A stretch of 64,000 nt of DNA from Candidatus Curtissbacteria bacterium (GCA_030647775.1 JAUSJC010000010.1:264927-328926); one strand, 5' to 3'. Shown: positions 1 to 8,220, counted from the stretch's first letter. Translations and numbers: made by a program. Notes: generated from the sequence alone by a model not told the origin.

Positions 1-2
1 AC

Positions 3-764
3 CTTGAAATAAAGATGTTTTTGTCGGGTGATCACGACGCGGCTTACGCAATCTTGGGGATCCACGCCGGCCAGGGCGGTACCGAAGCCATGGATTGGGT
101 GGACATGTTATCGCGCATGTACCAGAAATATTTCACAAGCAAAAAATGGGATTTTGATGTTATTAATGAAATGCCGGGGGAAGAAGCCGGATTCAAAACC
201 GTGACAATGTTGGTCAAGGTAAATTATGCTTACGGGATCCTGTCAAAAGAAACCGGCGTCCACAGGCTGGTTAGGCAGTCGCCTTTCAACGCCAATAACC
301 TGCGTCAGACCTCCTTCGCCTTAGTTGAAGTTATGCCGGAAATTGAGGAGGCCGAGGGGATAGAAATTAATCCTGATGATATAGAATTTGAAGCTTTCCG
401 TTCAGGCGGCCATGGCGGCCAAAACGTCAACAAAGTTTCCACTGCCGTCCGTCTTAAGCATAAACCCACGGGCATTGTTGTTACTTGCCAAACCCAGAGG
501 TACCAGGCTCAAAACAGGGAGAACGCCATGAAACTCCTGATGGCCAAACTTTGGGAGTTAAAGCAGCTGGAAGACAAAGCCCAGTACGACAAAATAAAAG
601 GCGGCCATATAACTCCCGGCTGGGGTAACCAGATCCGTTCTTATGTCCTCCATCCGTACAAAATGGTTAAAGATTTAAGGACTCAATATGAAACTTCAAA
701 TGCCCAGGCTGTTTTAGACGGAGACTTGGACGAATTCATCAAACATGAATTGGCTCTGCATTAA
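3..764 (+). CDS. prfB: Peptide chain release factor 2 (5' part lies before the window)
   Basis: SPF tripeptide (RQSPF), GGQ motif (GHGGQNVNK), WGNQIRSY; frame open to the window edge. Confidence 0.97.
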   Translation, partial: LEIKMFLSGDHDAAYAILGIHAGQGGTEAMDWVDMLSRMYQKYFTSKKWDFDVINEMPGEEAGFKTVTMLVKVNYAYGILSKETGVHRLVRQSPFNANNLRQTSFALVEVMPEIEEAEGIEINPDDIEFEAFRSGGHGGQNVNKVSTAVRLKHKPTGIVVTCQTQRYQAQNRENAMKLLMAKLWELKQLEDKAQYDKIKGGHITPGWGNQIRSYVLHPYKMVKDLRTQYETSNAQAVLDGDLDEFIKHELALH

Positions 765-808
765 CGTGCTTGCCCAATGAAGCTGACTGGTATATAATTT
801 TAAAAACA

Positions 809-1294
809 ATGGACGAAAACCAAGACCAAACTCAAGCCCAATCCGCATCACCAATCCCGGGGCTAAGAAGAGTGCCGATTAAAGCAAAGTTCAGCCTGCC
901 AACTAAAGCCGTCCCAATCGCAGTTATTGCTGTTGTTTTGGCAGCCGGTATTTTCTCGGGCCTCATCCTCTCTTCAAGAAACAAAATCCAGTCTTCTAAA
1001 GTCAAGTCAGCCATTCAGGAAGAAAATCTAACTCCGGAACAAAAGACTTCTTTTAATCAAACCTTTAGGGATCAGGCAGAAGGAGAATTGCAAAAGAACG
1101 ATAAGTTAGATAAGTACGCCCAGGGCACGCACAAACTGATTAGGCCAGGCGGGGAAGACCAAACGGCATACCTAACTTCATCTATTTTAGACATGGACCA
1201 GTATGTGGGTAAAAAAGTCAAAGTTTTTGGAGAAACATTTGGTTCTTCACAAGTGGGTTGGTTGATGGATGTCGGCAAAGTCGAAGTCAAATAA
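809..1294 (+). CDS. Hypothetical single-TM membrane protein
   Basis: One hydrophobic helix then a soluble domain; ATG 809 preferred over TTG 770 because TATAAT at 793-798 precedes it. Confidence 0.75.
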   Translation: MDENQDQTQAQSASPIPGLRRVPIKAKFSLPTKAVPIAVIAVVLAAGIFSGLILSSRNKIQSSKVKSAIQEENLTPEQKTSFNQTFRDQAEGELQKNDKLDKYAQGTHKLIRPGGEDQTAYLTSSILDMDQYVGKKVKVFGETFGSSQVGWLMDVGKVEVK

Positions 1295-1320
1295 TAACTA
1301 GCCCAAACAATCTCTGCCTC

Positions 1321-2007
1321 ATGATACAGTTCGAATCCGTAACTAAAAAATATCCAAACGGCCAAATTGCCCTGGAAGACATCGATTTAAAAATCGAGGA
1401 CGGCGAATTCGTTTTTCTGGTTGGCCCTTCCGGCGCCGGCAAGACCTCGCTTCTTCGCTTGTTTACCCGCGAAATCTGGCCAAGTGCCGGCAGAATTTTA
1501 TTCAACGAAGAAGATATTTTAAAAATCCCCTCATCCAAAATCCCTTATCTGCGCAGGAAAATTGGTACGGTCTTTCAGGATTTTAAACTGCTTCTCACCC
1601 GGACCCTTTTTGAAAACGTCGCTGTCCCCCTTGAGGTTGTTTCCAAGTCCGAAAAAGAGATCGAAGAAACGGTCAGTGGTGTTTTGGAAAAGGTCGGCTT
1701 ACTGGAAAAAGCCGATATGTTCCCGGCCCAGCTTTCCGGCGGAGAAGTCCAAAGGACGGCAATTGCCAGGGCCATTGTTTCCAAACCGTCAGTCCTTCTG
1801 GCTGACGAGCCAACGGGCGATTTGGATCCAAAAACAGCTTTATCTATCGTTAAGCTCCTTGAAAAAATAAACGAAGAAGATAAAACTACGGTTATTATGG
1901 CTACTCATAACGCCCAAATCGTTAACCACTTTAAAAAACGCGTTGTTTACCTAAAAAACGGTAAAATAGAAAAGGACGAGAAAGAAGGCAAATATGAGGC
2001 AGATTAA
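1321..2007 (+). CDS. ftsE: Cell division ABC ATPase FtsE
   Basis: Walker A GPSGAGKT, VFQDFKLL, LSGGE, LADEPTG; followed by FtsX. Confidence 0.93.
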   Translation: MIQFESVTKKYPNGQIALEDIDLKIEDGEFVFLVGPSGAGKTSLLRLFTREIWPSAGRILFNEEDILKIPSSKIPYLRRKIGTVFQDFKLLLTRTLFENVAVPLEVVSKSEKEIEETVSGVLEKVGLLEKADMFPAQLSGGEVQRTAIARAIVSKPSVLLADEPTGDLDPKTALSIVKLLEKINEEDKTTVIMATHNAQIVNHFKKRVVYLKNGKIEKDEKEGKYEAD

Positions 2008-2866
2008 AAAAACCGTAAAGCTTCTGCGCCGCAGCCCTTATCAGGCACTGGCCGCCGGTCTGGCCATGACCCTTACCTTTTTTGTTGCCTCTATTTTTGC
2101 CGTTCTTATAATCGGCGGCCAGATAGTTTTAAATTATGTTGAACAAAGGCCCCAGGTTATTGCTTTTTTTAAGGATGATGCCAGCCAGACAAAAATTAAC
2201 GATATCATTGCTAAGGTAAAATCAACAGGCCTTGCCAAAGATGTTAAATATGTTACCAAAGAGGAGGCGCTGGCAATCTACAGGGAACGCAATAAAGATG
2301 AACCGCTTCTTTTGGAATCAGTCTCTGCCGATTTCCTGCCGGCGTCAATTGATATATCCGTCAATAAGGCCGGCGACATAGGCGCCGTCACTCAAGCTGT
2401 CAAAGGAGAACCGGAAATTGAACGCGTCATCACCCCCCAAAACTTAGTTGAGCAGCTCGTTAAATGGACAAGCACTATTCGTGCCGGGGGGATTGTTTTT
2501 GTTACCGCGCTTCTTGCTATATCCTTCCTTATTATAATAATGGTTGTCGGTATGAGGATCGCCCTAAGGCGCGATGAAATTTCCATCATGAATTTAGTCG
2601 GTGCCACCAAATGGTATATTGCCAGACCGTTTTTGGCCGAAGGCGCGGTCTATGGCGTTATCGGCGCCAGCATTTCCACGTTTCTAATTTACGCGCTTCT
2701 TTTAATCTATTCCCGGTCTATTCAGAATTTTTTAGGGCCAATCCAGGTTTTTCCGATTAGCCCGCTCTTTTTCATCTATCTTTGGGTAGGAGAAGCGCTT
2801 CTTGCCGCCGCCGTCGGGGTTTCCGGCGCCGCAATAGCCCTTTACCGATACCTGAAGATTAAATGA
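1994..2866 (+). CDS. ftsX: Cell division permease FtsX
   Basis: TM1, extracellular loop, then 3 TMs; RRDEISIMNLVGAT..YI..PF..EG motif. Confidence 0.93.
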   Translation: MRQIKKTVKLLRRSPYQALAAGLAMTLTFFVASIFAVLIIGGQIVLNYVEQRPQVIAFFKDDASQTKINDIIAKVKSTGLAKDVKYVTKEEALAIYRERNKDEPLLLESVSADFLPASIDISVNKAGDIGAVTQAVKGEPEIERVITPQNLVEQLVKWTSTIRAGGIVFVTALLAISFLIIIMVVGMRIALRRDEISIMNLVGATKWYIARPFLAEGAVYGVIGASISTFLIYALLLIYSRSIQNFLGPIQVFPISPLFFIYLWVGEALLAAAVGVSGAAIALYRYLKIK

Positions 2867-4032
2867 AGAAACTTCTAGTTGCTCTATTTTTTATTGCCGT
2901 TTTTCTAGCAGGTTCGAGTTCTACATCCGCAATCACGGAATCAGAATGTGATCAAGGTAGCACAGATTCCGGTTGTGTCGACTACTTTACAAACAAAATA
3001 AACCAACTCTCTTCGCAAGCCAACACTCTTTCCGGTCAACTGGCCCAGTTTAATAGCCAAATCCTGTTAACTCAAGTTAAAATAGCCGACGCCCAGGTAA
3101 CTATAGATAAACTGGAAAAAGAAATTGGCGCGCTTGGTACCAGAATCGGCTACATTGCAACCTCTGTAGATAAACTCCAGGTACTTCTTAAACAAAGAAT
3201 CGTCGCAACTTACCAGCAGGGTTTTGTTTCCAATCTGGAAATCATTATGTCGTCACAAAACTTTTCCGATTTTATCCTGCGGGCCCAATATTTAAGACAA
3301 GTCCAGGAAAACGACAGGAAAATTCTGGCAAGCCTCCAGCAGACTAAGGCCAATTATGCAACCCAGAAAGACGACCGCGAGATTAAACAAGCCCAGATTG
3401 AAGAAAGCCAAAAGAAACTAGTTGCCTTAAAAGCAGATCTCGACCAACAAAAAGTATCTAAGCAAGCGCTTCTTAAACTGACTCAAAACGATGAAAGCCG
3501 ATATCAACAGCTGTTGGCAGCAGCTCTGGCTGAAAAGAAAGCTATATCTGCAGCCTTTTCTGACGCCGTTTCGAGGCTAAATTCTGAGGAAGGGTCTCCA
3601 GTTTCGCAGGGTCAAACGATTGCCGTGATGGGTAATTCTGGAGCACCTAACTGTTCTAGTGGCGCTCATCTTCACTTTATGGTTCTTAAAGATGGAATCG
3701 CCCAAAATCCGGCGAACTATCTAAAAAATATTTCTCCGGTTTGGGATAATTCCCCGGATTCCCCATTTGGCTTTTCCGGATCTTGGGATTGGCCGCTTTC
3801 TGGTCCAAGTATCACACAGGGTTTTGGGATGACTTACTGGGCAAGACTTGGTTGGTACAATGGCAGTATTCATGACGGTATTGATATGGTTGGTGGACCA
3901 ACAATAGTTGCCCCCCGCGCTGGGAAATTAATCCTCGGTGCAACCTCCTGTGGTTCCAGCACCCTAAAGTATGCGGCCATCAAACACAACGATGACTCAG
4001 GCATAATCACCCTCTATCTTCATATTCTGTAA
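2863..4032 (+). CDS. EnvC/PcsB-like coiled-coil protein with circularly permuted M23 peptidase domain
   Basis: Signal peptide, long coiled coil, GAHLHF then HDGID and TLYLH motifs; directly after ftsEX. Confidence 0.85.
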   Translation: MKKLLVALFFIAVFLAGSSSTSAITESECDQGSTDSGCVDYFTNKINQLSSQANTLSGQLAQFNSQILLTQVKIADAQVTIDKLEKEIGALGTRIGYIATSVDKLQVLLKQRIVATYQQGFVSNLEIIMSSQNFSDFILRAQYLRQVQENDRKILASLQQTKANYATQKDDREIKQAQIEESQKKLVALKADLDQQKVSKQALLKLTQNDESRYQQLLAAALAEKKAISAAFSDAVSRLNSEEGSPVSQGQTIAVMGNSGAPNCSSGAHLHFMVLKDGIAQNPANYLKNISPVWDNSPDSPFGFSGSWDWPLSGPSITQGFGMTYWARLGWYNGSIHDGIDMVGGPTIVAPRAGKLILGATSCGSSTLKYAAIKHNDDSGIITLYLHIL

Positions 4033-4034
4033 AT

Positions 4035-4063
4035 TTGACATTAAATCCCCGAAGCCTAATGAT
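4035..4063 (+). promoter_or_regulatory. Sigma70-like promoter, probably leaderless transcript
   Basis: TTGACA-17bp-AATGAT, 7 nt before GTG 4071. Confidence 0.5.
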
Positions 4064-4070
4064 TTAATCA

Positions 4071-4991
4071 GTGGCAAAACTCGCTGCGTTAGTAATTTCC
4101 TTCCTAGCCCTTTTCGTTTTTGCGGAACTTGTTTTCGCCGAAAATCTTCTTTTGAACCCATCATTCGAGGATACTACCGGCGGTTCTCCAAACTCATGGA
4201 CTAAAAATGTAAGCACAGCTACTTTGTCTACGTCAACTACCGCCAAAGCTGGTACAGTGTCAGCGTCAATCAATAAAACAAATAGTACAACTGGGCTAAT
4301 CTACTTATATCAAGATATTGATGTGGAACCGGACGCCTTTTATTCTTTGTCCGGTTATGCAATTAAGAATAGTCCTAATTTTAGCTGGGTGATTTTACGT
4401 ATAAGCTGGAGAAGTTCTAGCGGGGAAATTAGTCAAACCGATTCCCCTCGATTAACATCTGATTCGTCTGATTTCCAATCGCTGAAAATAGATTCAGTAC
4501 AAGCGCCAAGCCAGGCGATAAAGGCCAGAATTGAACTCGCCGCCAATATTGTAACTGCTAATCCTAACAATCCAGCCCTTTTTGATGATGTAGATTTTTC
4601 CCAGATTCCGGCGCCCAACCAACCAACCTCTACACTTGCACCAATGTCTTCACCCACACCTCTTAAATCTCCGTCGCCAACCCCAACTGCTTTGCCAAAA
4701 TCTCCGACACCATCACCCCTAAAATCACCGGCGCCTGCTCCGCAAGTCTTAGCCGAATCTTCCCAAAGCGCCGCGCCGTCGGCCAGCCCAAGTTCATCTC
4801 CGGCATCAAACCAACAAAGCCCTCTGGACACAATTAAAAATAACCCCAAAACTGCTTTAATCCTTGTCGGCTCCGGCCTTATTTTAATCGGTTTATCATC
4901 GGCTTTTTATGTGTGGTATTCTAAGCTCTTGGGAAAAGGTCCAATAAAAAATGCCGAAGGCACTGAGCGAAGTCGAAGTGAAGACGATTAA
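4071..4991 (+). CDS. Surface protein: CBM4/9-like domain, Pro/Ser/Thr linker, C-terminal TM anchor
   Basis: Signal peptide, ENLLLNPSFE motif, SPTP repeats, C-terminal hydrophobic helix. Confidence 0.75.
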   Translation: MAKLAALVISFLALFVFAELVFAENLLLNPSFEDTTGGSPNSWTKNVSTATLSTSTTAKAGTVSASINKTNSTTGLIYLYQDIDVEPDAFYSLSGYAIKNSPNFSWVILRISWRSSSGEISQTDSPRLTSDSSDFQSLKIDSVQAPSQAIKARIELAANIVTANPNNPALFDDVDFSQIPAPNQPTSTLAPMSSPTPLKSPSPTPTALPKSPTPSPLKSPAPAPQVLAESSQSAAPSASPSSSPASNQQSPLDTIKNNPKTALILVGSGLILIGLSSAFYVWYSKLLGKGPIKNAEGTERSRSEDD

Positions 4992-6156
4992 AATATCAAA
5001 GTCCGAAACACAAACCCAAAAACTCGGGGAAACTCTTGGGAAGTCATTAAAAGCCGGGGATATTGTTGCCCTGTATGGCGATCTTGGTGCCGGCAAGACC
5101 GTTTTTGTTAAAGGTATCGCCAAAGGCCTGGGCATTAAAAAGAGAATTCTCTCGCCGACCTTTGTCTTTATACGTTCTTACCCGCTTACGGGTGAAAAGC
5201 AGTTTTATCATGTCGATCTTTATCGCGGCCAAAGCCTTGAAGATTTTGAAGCGCTGGGGCTTGAAGAACTATTTTCCAAAAATAACATTGTTGTTTTGGA
5301 ATGGGCTGGGAAAATTGCTAAAATATTGCCTCAAAAACGGATCGATATCAATATAGAAAAAGTCGAAGATACTGAGCGTAGTCGAAGTAAAGATGAAAAT
5401 ACAAGAAAAATCACCATCACTTCACCTGTCATTGCGAGCGCAGCGAAGCAATCTCATAACGAGTCTTCGAGTTACAAGCGCTCTTATATTGTTCGAGCGA
5501 AGTCGAGAACTTCCTCTTCTGTCATCCTGAACTCGTTTCAGGATCTTAAAAAAGTCGTAGATCCTGAGCAAAGTCGAAGGGCCGCCTCCATTTTAAAATC
5601 TGGCGGTGTCGTTATTTTCCCGACCGATACGGTTTACGGTATTGGCTGTAGGTACGACGATAAGGACGCCCTCGACCGTATCTATAAAATTAAGTCAAGG
5701 CCAAAAGACGTACTGTTTCCCATTCTTGTATCAAGCGTCAAACAGGTCGAACGTTTAGCTATCATTACTCCCTCCGCCCGCGAGTTGATAGAAAAATATT
5801 GGCCCGGCGGCCTAACAATAATTCTCTCCACCCGTCATCCTGAACAATGTCATCCTGAACTCGATTCAGGATCTGTAATTGTTTCAGGACTCAATCAAAA
5901 AATCGGTTTCCGCATGCCGGACCACCAAGAAATCTTATCGATGATCGATCTTGTCGGTGTCCCAATAATCGGTACCTCCGCCAATTTCCATGGGCAGTCG
6001 TCCGCAGCGTCTTTTGAAGATCTGGATCCTAAACTCATTAAGCTCGCCGATTTTGTTATCAAAGGTACCTGCCGTAAGGGTGTAGAATCAACAGTAGTCG
6101 ATGCAACTGCAAACCATTTAAAAATCTTAAGACAAGGAGCAGTCACACTACGATGA
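4951..6156 (+). CDS. tsaE: Fused t6A biosynthesis protein TsaE (ATPase)-TsaC (threonylcarbamoyl-AMP synthase), carrying several in-frame repeat insertions
   Basis: GDLGAGKT, SPTF, HVDLYR, EW (TsaE); FPTDTVYG, WPGGLT, FRMP, TSAN, STVVD, ILRQG (TsaC). Confidence 0.92.
   Translation: MPKALSEVEVKTIKISKSETQTQKLGETLGKSLKAGDIVALYGDLGAGKTVFVKGIAKGLGIKKRILSPTFVFIRSYPLTGEKQFYHVDLYRGQSLEDFEALGLEELFSKNNIVVLEWAGKIAKILPQKRIDINIEKVEDTERSRSKDENTRKITITSPVIASAAKQSHNESSSYKRSYIVRAKSRTSSSVILNSFQDLKKVVDPEQSRRAASILKSGGVVIFPTDTVYGIGCRYDDKDALDRIYKIKSRPKDVLFPILVSSVKQVERLAIITPSARELIEKYWPGGLTIILSTRHPEQCHPELDSGSVIVSGLNQKIGFRMPDHQEILSMIDLVGVPIIGTSANFHGQSSAASFEDLDPKLIKLADFVIKGTCRKGVESTVVDATANHLKILRQGAVTLR
4954..4980 (+). 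repeat. 27-nt hairpin element inserted in a two-gene overlap
   Basis: CACT-GA-G-cgaagt-C-GA-AGTG; related copies at 5370, 5491, 5562, 6600. Confidence 0.8.
5362..5581 (+). repeat. Cluster of 5-6 REP/RPE-like hairpin elements within the tsaE-tsaC junction
   Basis: 5370-5389 TACTGAGCGTAGTCGAAGTA; 5427-5455 TGTCATTGCGAGCGCAGCGAAGCAATCTC; 5466-5490; 5491-5510 GTTCGAGCGAAGTCGAGAAC; 5520-5546 TGTCATCCTGAACTCGTTTCAGGATCT; 5562-5581. Confidence 0.85.
5833..5892 (+). repeat. Nested pair of GTCATCCTGAAC...TTCAGGA hairpin elements inside the TsaC domain
   Basis: Outer CGTCATCCTGAAC / TTGTTTCAGGACTC split by inner TGTCATCCTGAACTCGATTCAGGATCT. Confidence 0.85.
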
Positions 6157-6172
6157 TACGAATCATCGTAGT
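6147..6172. repeat. Perfect 11-bp hairpin overlapping the tsaE-tsaC stop codon
   Basis: ACTACGATGAT-acga-ATCATCGTAGT. Confidence 0.7.
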
Positions 6173-6180
6173 AAAATATC

Positions 6181-6489
6181 ATGATTTTAAAAATTGATTC
6201 GACAAACCGCGAAAAAATTACAGTTTCGCTCGACGACACAAAAATCATTGAGGAGCAAAAACTCGGGTCTCAAGTTCTCCTGCCGCTGATTGTCAAAATT
6301 CTCAAAAAGCAAAAAGCCACTTTTGCCGATATTTCCGAAATTAAGGTTAACATCGGCCCCGGTTCTTTTACGGGGACAAGGGTTGGAGTAGCCGTTGCCA
6401 ACGCGCTGGGATTTGCCTTAAATATCCCCGTTAATGGCAAAAAAGGTAAAATAGCATTACCTAAATATGAAAAATCAAAATTCGACTAA
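6181..6489 (+). CDS. tsaB: Short TsaB (N-terminal domain only)
   Basis: ILKIDST start, GPGSFTGTRVGVAVANAL motif; adjacent to tsaE/tsaC. Confidence 0.88.
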   Translation: MILKIDSTNREKITVSLDDTKIIEEQKLGSQVLLPLIVKILKKQKATFADISEIKVNIGPGSFTGTRVGVAVANALGFALNIPVNGKKGKIALPKYEKSKFD

Positions 6490-6496
6490 CATCTCA

Positions 6497-6642
6497 CGTC
6501 ATTGCGAACCCTTCCCCTGTCATTCTGCGCGGAGCGAAAGAATCTCATCAAGTCAGGATAAACTCCGCGAAGCAATCTCTACGATTGTCATCTCTTCGAG
6601 CCTGAGCCTCAGAGCCGAAGGCCTGAACTCGTTTCAGGATCT
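6497..6642 (+). repeat. Intergenic stack of nested REP-like elements
   Basis: CGTCATTGCGA...CGAAGCAATCTC encloses TGTCATTCTGCGCGGAGCGAAAGAATCTC; TGTCAT...CCTGAACTCGTTTCAGGATCT encloses a CCTGAG..CGAAGG element. Confidence 0.85.
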
Positions 6643-6651
6643 AAAAAACAA

Positions 6652-7563
6652 ATGAGCAGAATTCTTGTAACGGGCGGAGCCGGTTTCATCGGTGGACATG
6701 TAACTAAGATTTTACTTGACGAGGGTCACGATGTTGTCGTCCTCGACAACTTGTCCAAAGGCCATAAAGATTCTGTTGATAAAAGAGCGCAACTAATCGT
6801 CGGAGATATGGCTGATCCCGTCAAAACAAAAGAAGCGCTATCCGGTGCCGACGCCGTCATTCACATGGCCGGCCTGATTGTTGTACCCGAATCGGTTAAA
6901 GACCCCATCAAATATGCCCAAAATAATGTGCTTGGCTCGGTCAGTTTGCTTGAATCGATGAGAGAAACTGGTGTCAAGAAAATTATTTTCTCATCATCGG
7001 CGTGCGTTTACGGCACTCCAGATACTTTACCAATCAAAGAAGATGCGCCGCTTCGCCCGGATAATCCTTACGGCGCCACCAAAGCGTCAATTGAATCTTT
7101 CCTTCAGGCCTATCACGCCAATTTTGGTTTTGATGTCACAATTCTCCGCTACTTCAATCCTTACGGCCCCGGAGAATTGCATGACCCGGAAACCCACGCT
7201 ATCCCAAACTTCATCAAATCTGCTCTTTCAAAAAAACCGATACCTCTTTACTGGAAAGGGGAGCAGGTTAGAGATTTTATTTATATCGAAGACCTCGCCC
7301 GTGCCCATACGGACGTTCTGAGTCTTGCGGGTTTTAATATCTTTAATCTTGGCACGGAAAAAGGCGTGAAAGTGAAAGATGTCATTGACAAAATCTTTGA
7401 AATCGTGGGCTTCGAAGTCGAAGTTAAAGATCTTGGCGAGCGCCTGGGCGACGTGGCGGCAAACTACGCCTCAAGCGAAAGACTCCACGAAGCCGTCGGT
7501 TGGCAGGCAAAAGTGAACCTCAAAGACGGCTTAAAGCAAACAATCGAATTCTTCAAAAAATAA
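6652..7563 (+). CDS. galE: UDP-glucose 4-epimerase
   Basis: TGGAGFIG, ESV.DP.KY, FSSSA, YGATK, LRYFNPYG. Confidence 0.85.
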   Translation: MSRILVTGGAGFIGGHVTKILLDEGHDVVVLDNLSKGHKDSVDKRAQLIVGDMADPVKTKEALSGADAVIHMAGLIVVPESVKDPIKYAQNNVLGSVSLLESMRETGVKKIIFSSSACVYGTPDTLPIKEDAPLRPDNPYGATKASIESFLQAYHANFGFDVTILRYFNPYGPGELHDPETHAIPNFIKSALSKKPIPLYWKGEQVRDFIYIEDLARAHTDVLSLAGFNIFNLGTEKGVKVKDVIDKIFEIVGFEVEVKDLGERLGDVAANYASSERLHEAVGWQAKVNLKDGLKQTIEFFKK

Positions 7564-7590
7564 GTTCCCGCAAAATTTGTCCTGAGTTTA

Positions 7591-7626
7591 CCGTCTAGCC
7601 TTGCAAGACCTTGCAAGGCTAGACGG
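7591..7626. repeat. Perfect 17-bp inverted repeat between convergent genes (REP-like or terminator)
   Basis: CCGTCTAGCCTTGCAAG-ac-CTTGCAAGGCTAGACGG. Confidence 0.75.
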
Positions 7627-7694
7627 GTCTCAAGGTCTTGTAAGGTCTCATCTTTGCGAAGCGAAGTAAAGTTATAAGAACCCATTTTATTCTT

Positions 7695-7728
7695 TCTAAC
7701 TTCGATAATCTAGATAATTAGAGTTAGA
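7695..7728. promoter_or_regulatory. Palindromic operator-like site, downstream copy
   Basis: 34-bp imperfect palindrome centred on TCTAGA; 21/26 identical to 8179-8204. Confidence 0.6.
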
Positions 7729-7742
7729 CTAAACGCAAGATT

Positions 7743-8180
7743 TTAGACAAGAGTTTTCTTTTTGTGACCCAACCTGTATTTAATTACCTCTTCTGGTAAA
7801 AAAGCTTTTCTTGGAGTCCCCAATCTATAAAGCGCGCTTTCTATATCTTGCCAGAATTGCCGACCCGCTTCAGTCATTACAATTTTATTAATTGCAAGTT
7901 TATATCCATTATTCATCTTCAATATTAAAGATACTTTTGAAATAGTTTCTCCCGAAACCTTTAGGAGATTTTTAATAGTCCCGTAATCTGTTGATTTCAA
8001 AAGCAAAACAGCAATAGCCAACCGTTTGGCCAGAACTATTCTTTCTACCGGAGTAAGGAGATCATTTAAAAATATTTGAATATCTTTCTTATCTTTGAGC
8101 TGGGATATGGCTTCCCACAGAGTTTCAAAAATCTGTTCTTCAATTCTTTTATCCAACAACCGTCTTGAAACTTGTGACAC
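7743..8180 (-). CDS. TrpR-like (YerC/YecD family) helix-turn-helix protein
   Basis: FLNDLLTPVERIVLAKRLAIAVLL...Y.TI...LKVS..TISKV signature. Confidence 0.85.
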   Translation of the reverse strand: MSQVSRRLLDKRIEEQIFETLWEAISQLKDKKDIQIFLNDLLTPVERIVLAKRLAIAVLLLKSTDYGTIKNLLKVSGETISKVSLILKMNNGYKLAINKIVMTEAGRQFWQDIESALYRLGTPRKAFLPEEVIKYRLGHKKKTLV

Positions 8181-8220
8181 TCTAATAATCTAGATTAATA
8201 GAGTAAAATTACGAAGTCAA
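8179..8220 (-). promoter_or_regulatory. Promoter of the TrpR-like gene overlapped by a 26-bp palindromic operator
   Basis: Minus strand TTGACT-17bp-TAATCT; palindrome ACTCTAATAATCTAGATTAATAGAGT (8179-8204, one mismatch) covers the -10 and start codon. Confidence 0.65.

Noticed and set aside
1-764. prfB programmed frameshift
   Set aside because: The expected site is near the 5' end, outside the window, so it cannot be assessed.
4600-4830. Pro/Ser/Thr repeats as a mobile repeat
   Set aside because: Ordinary low-complexity linker with degenerate codons.
6467-6655. 62-aa ORF between tsaB and galE
   Set aside because: Made almost entirely of nested repeats; no protein-family features.
7464-7685. 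73-aa minus-strand ORF as an intact gene
   Set aside because: Runs through palindromic repeats and antisense into galE; at most its start is a remnant.
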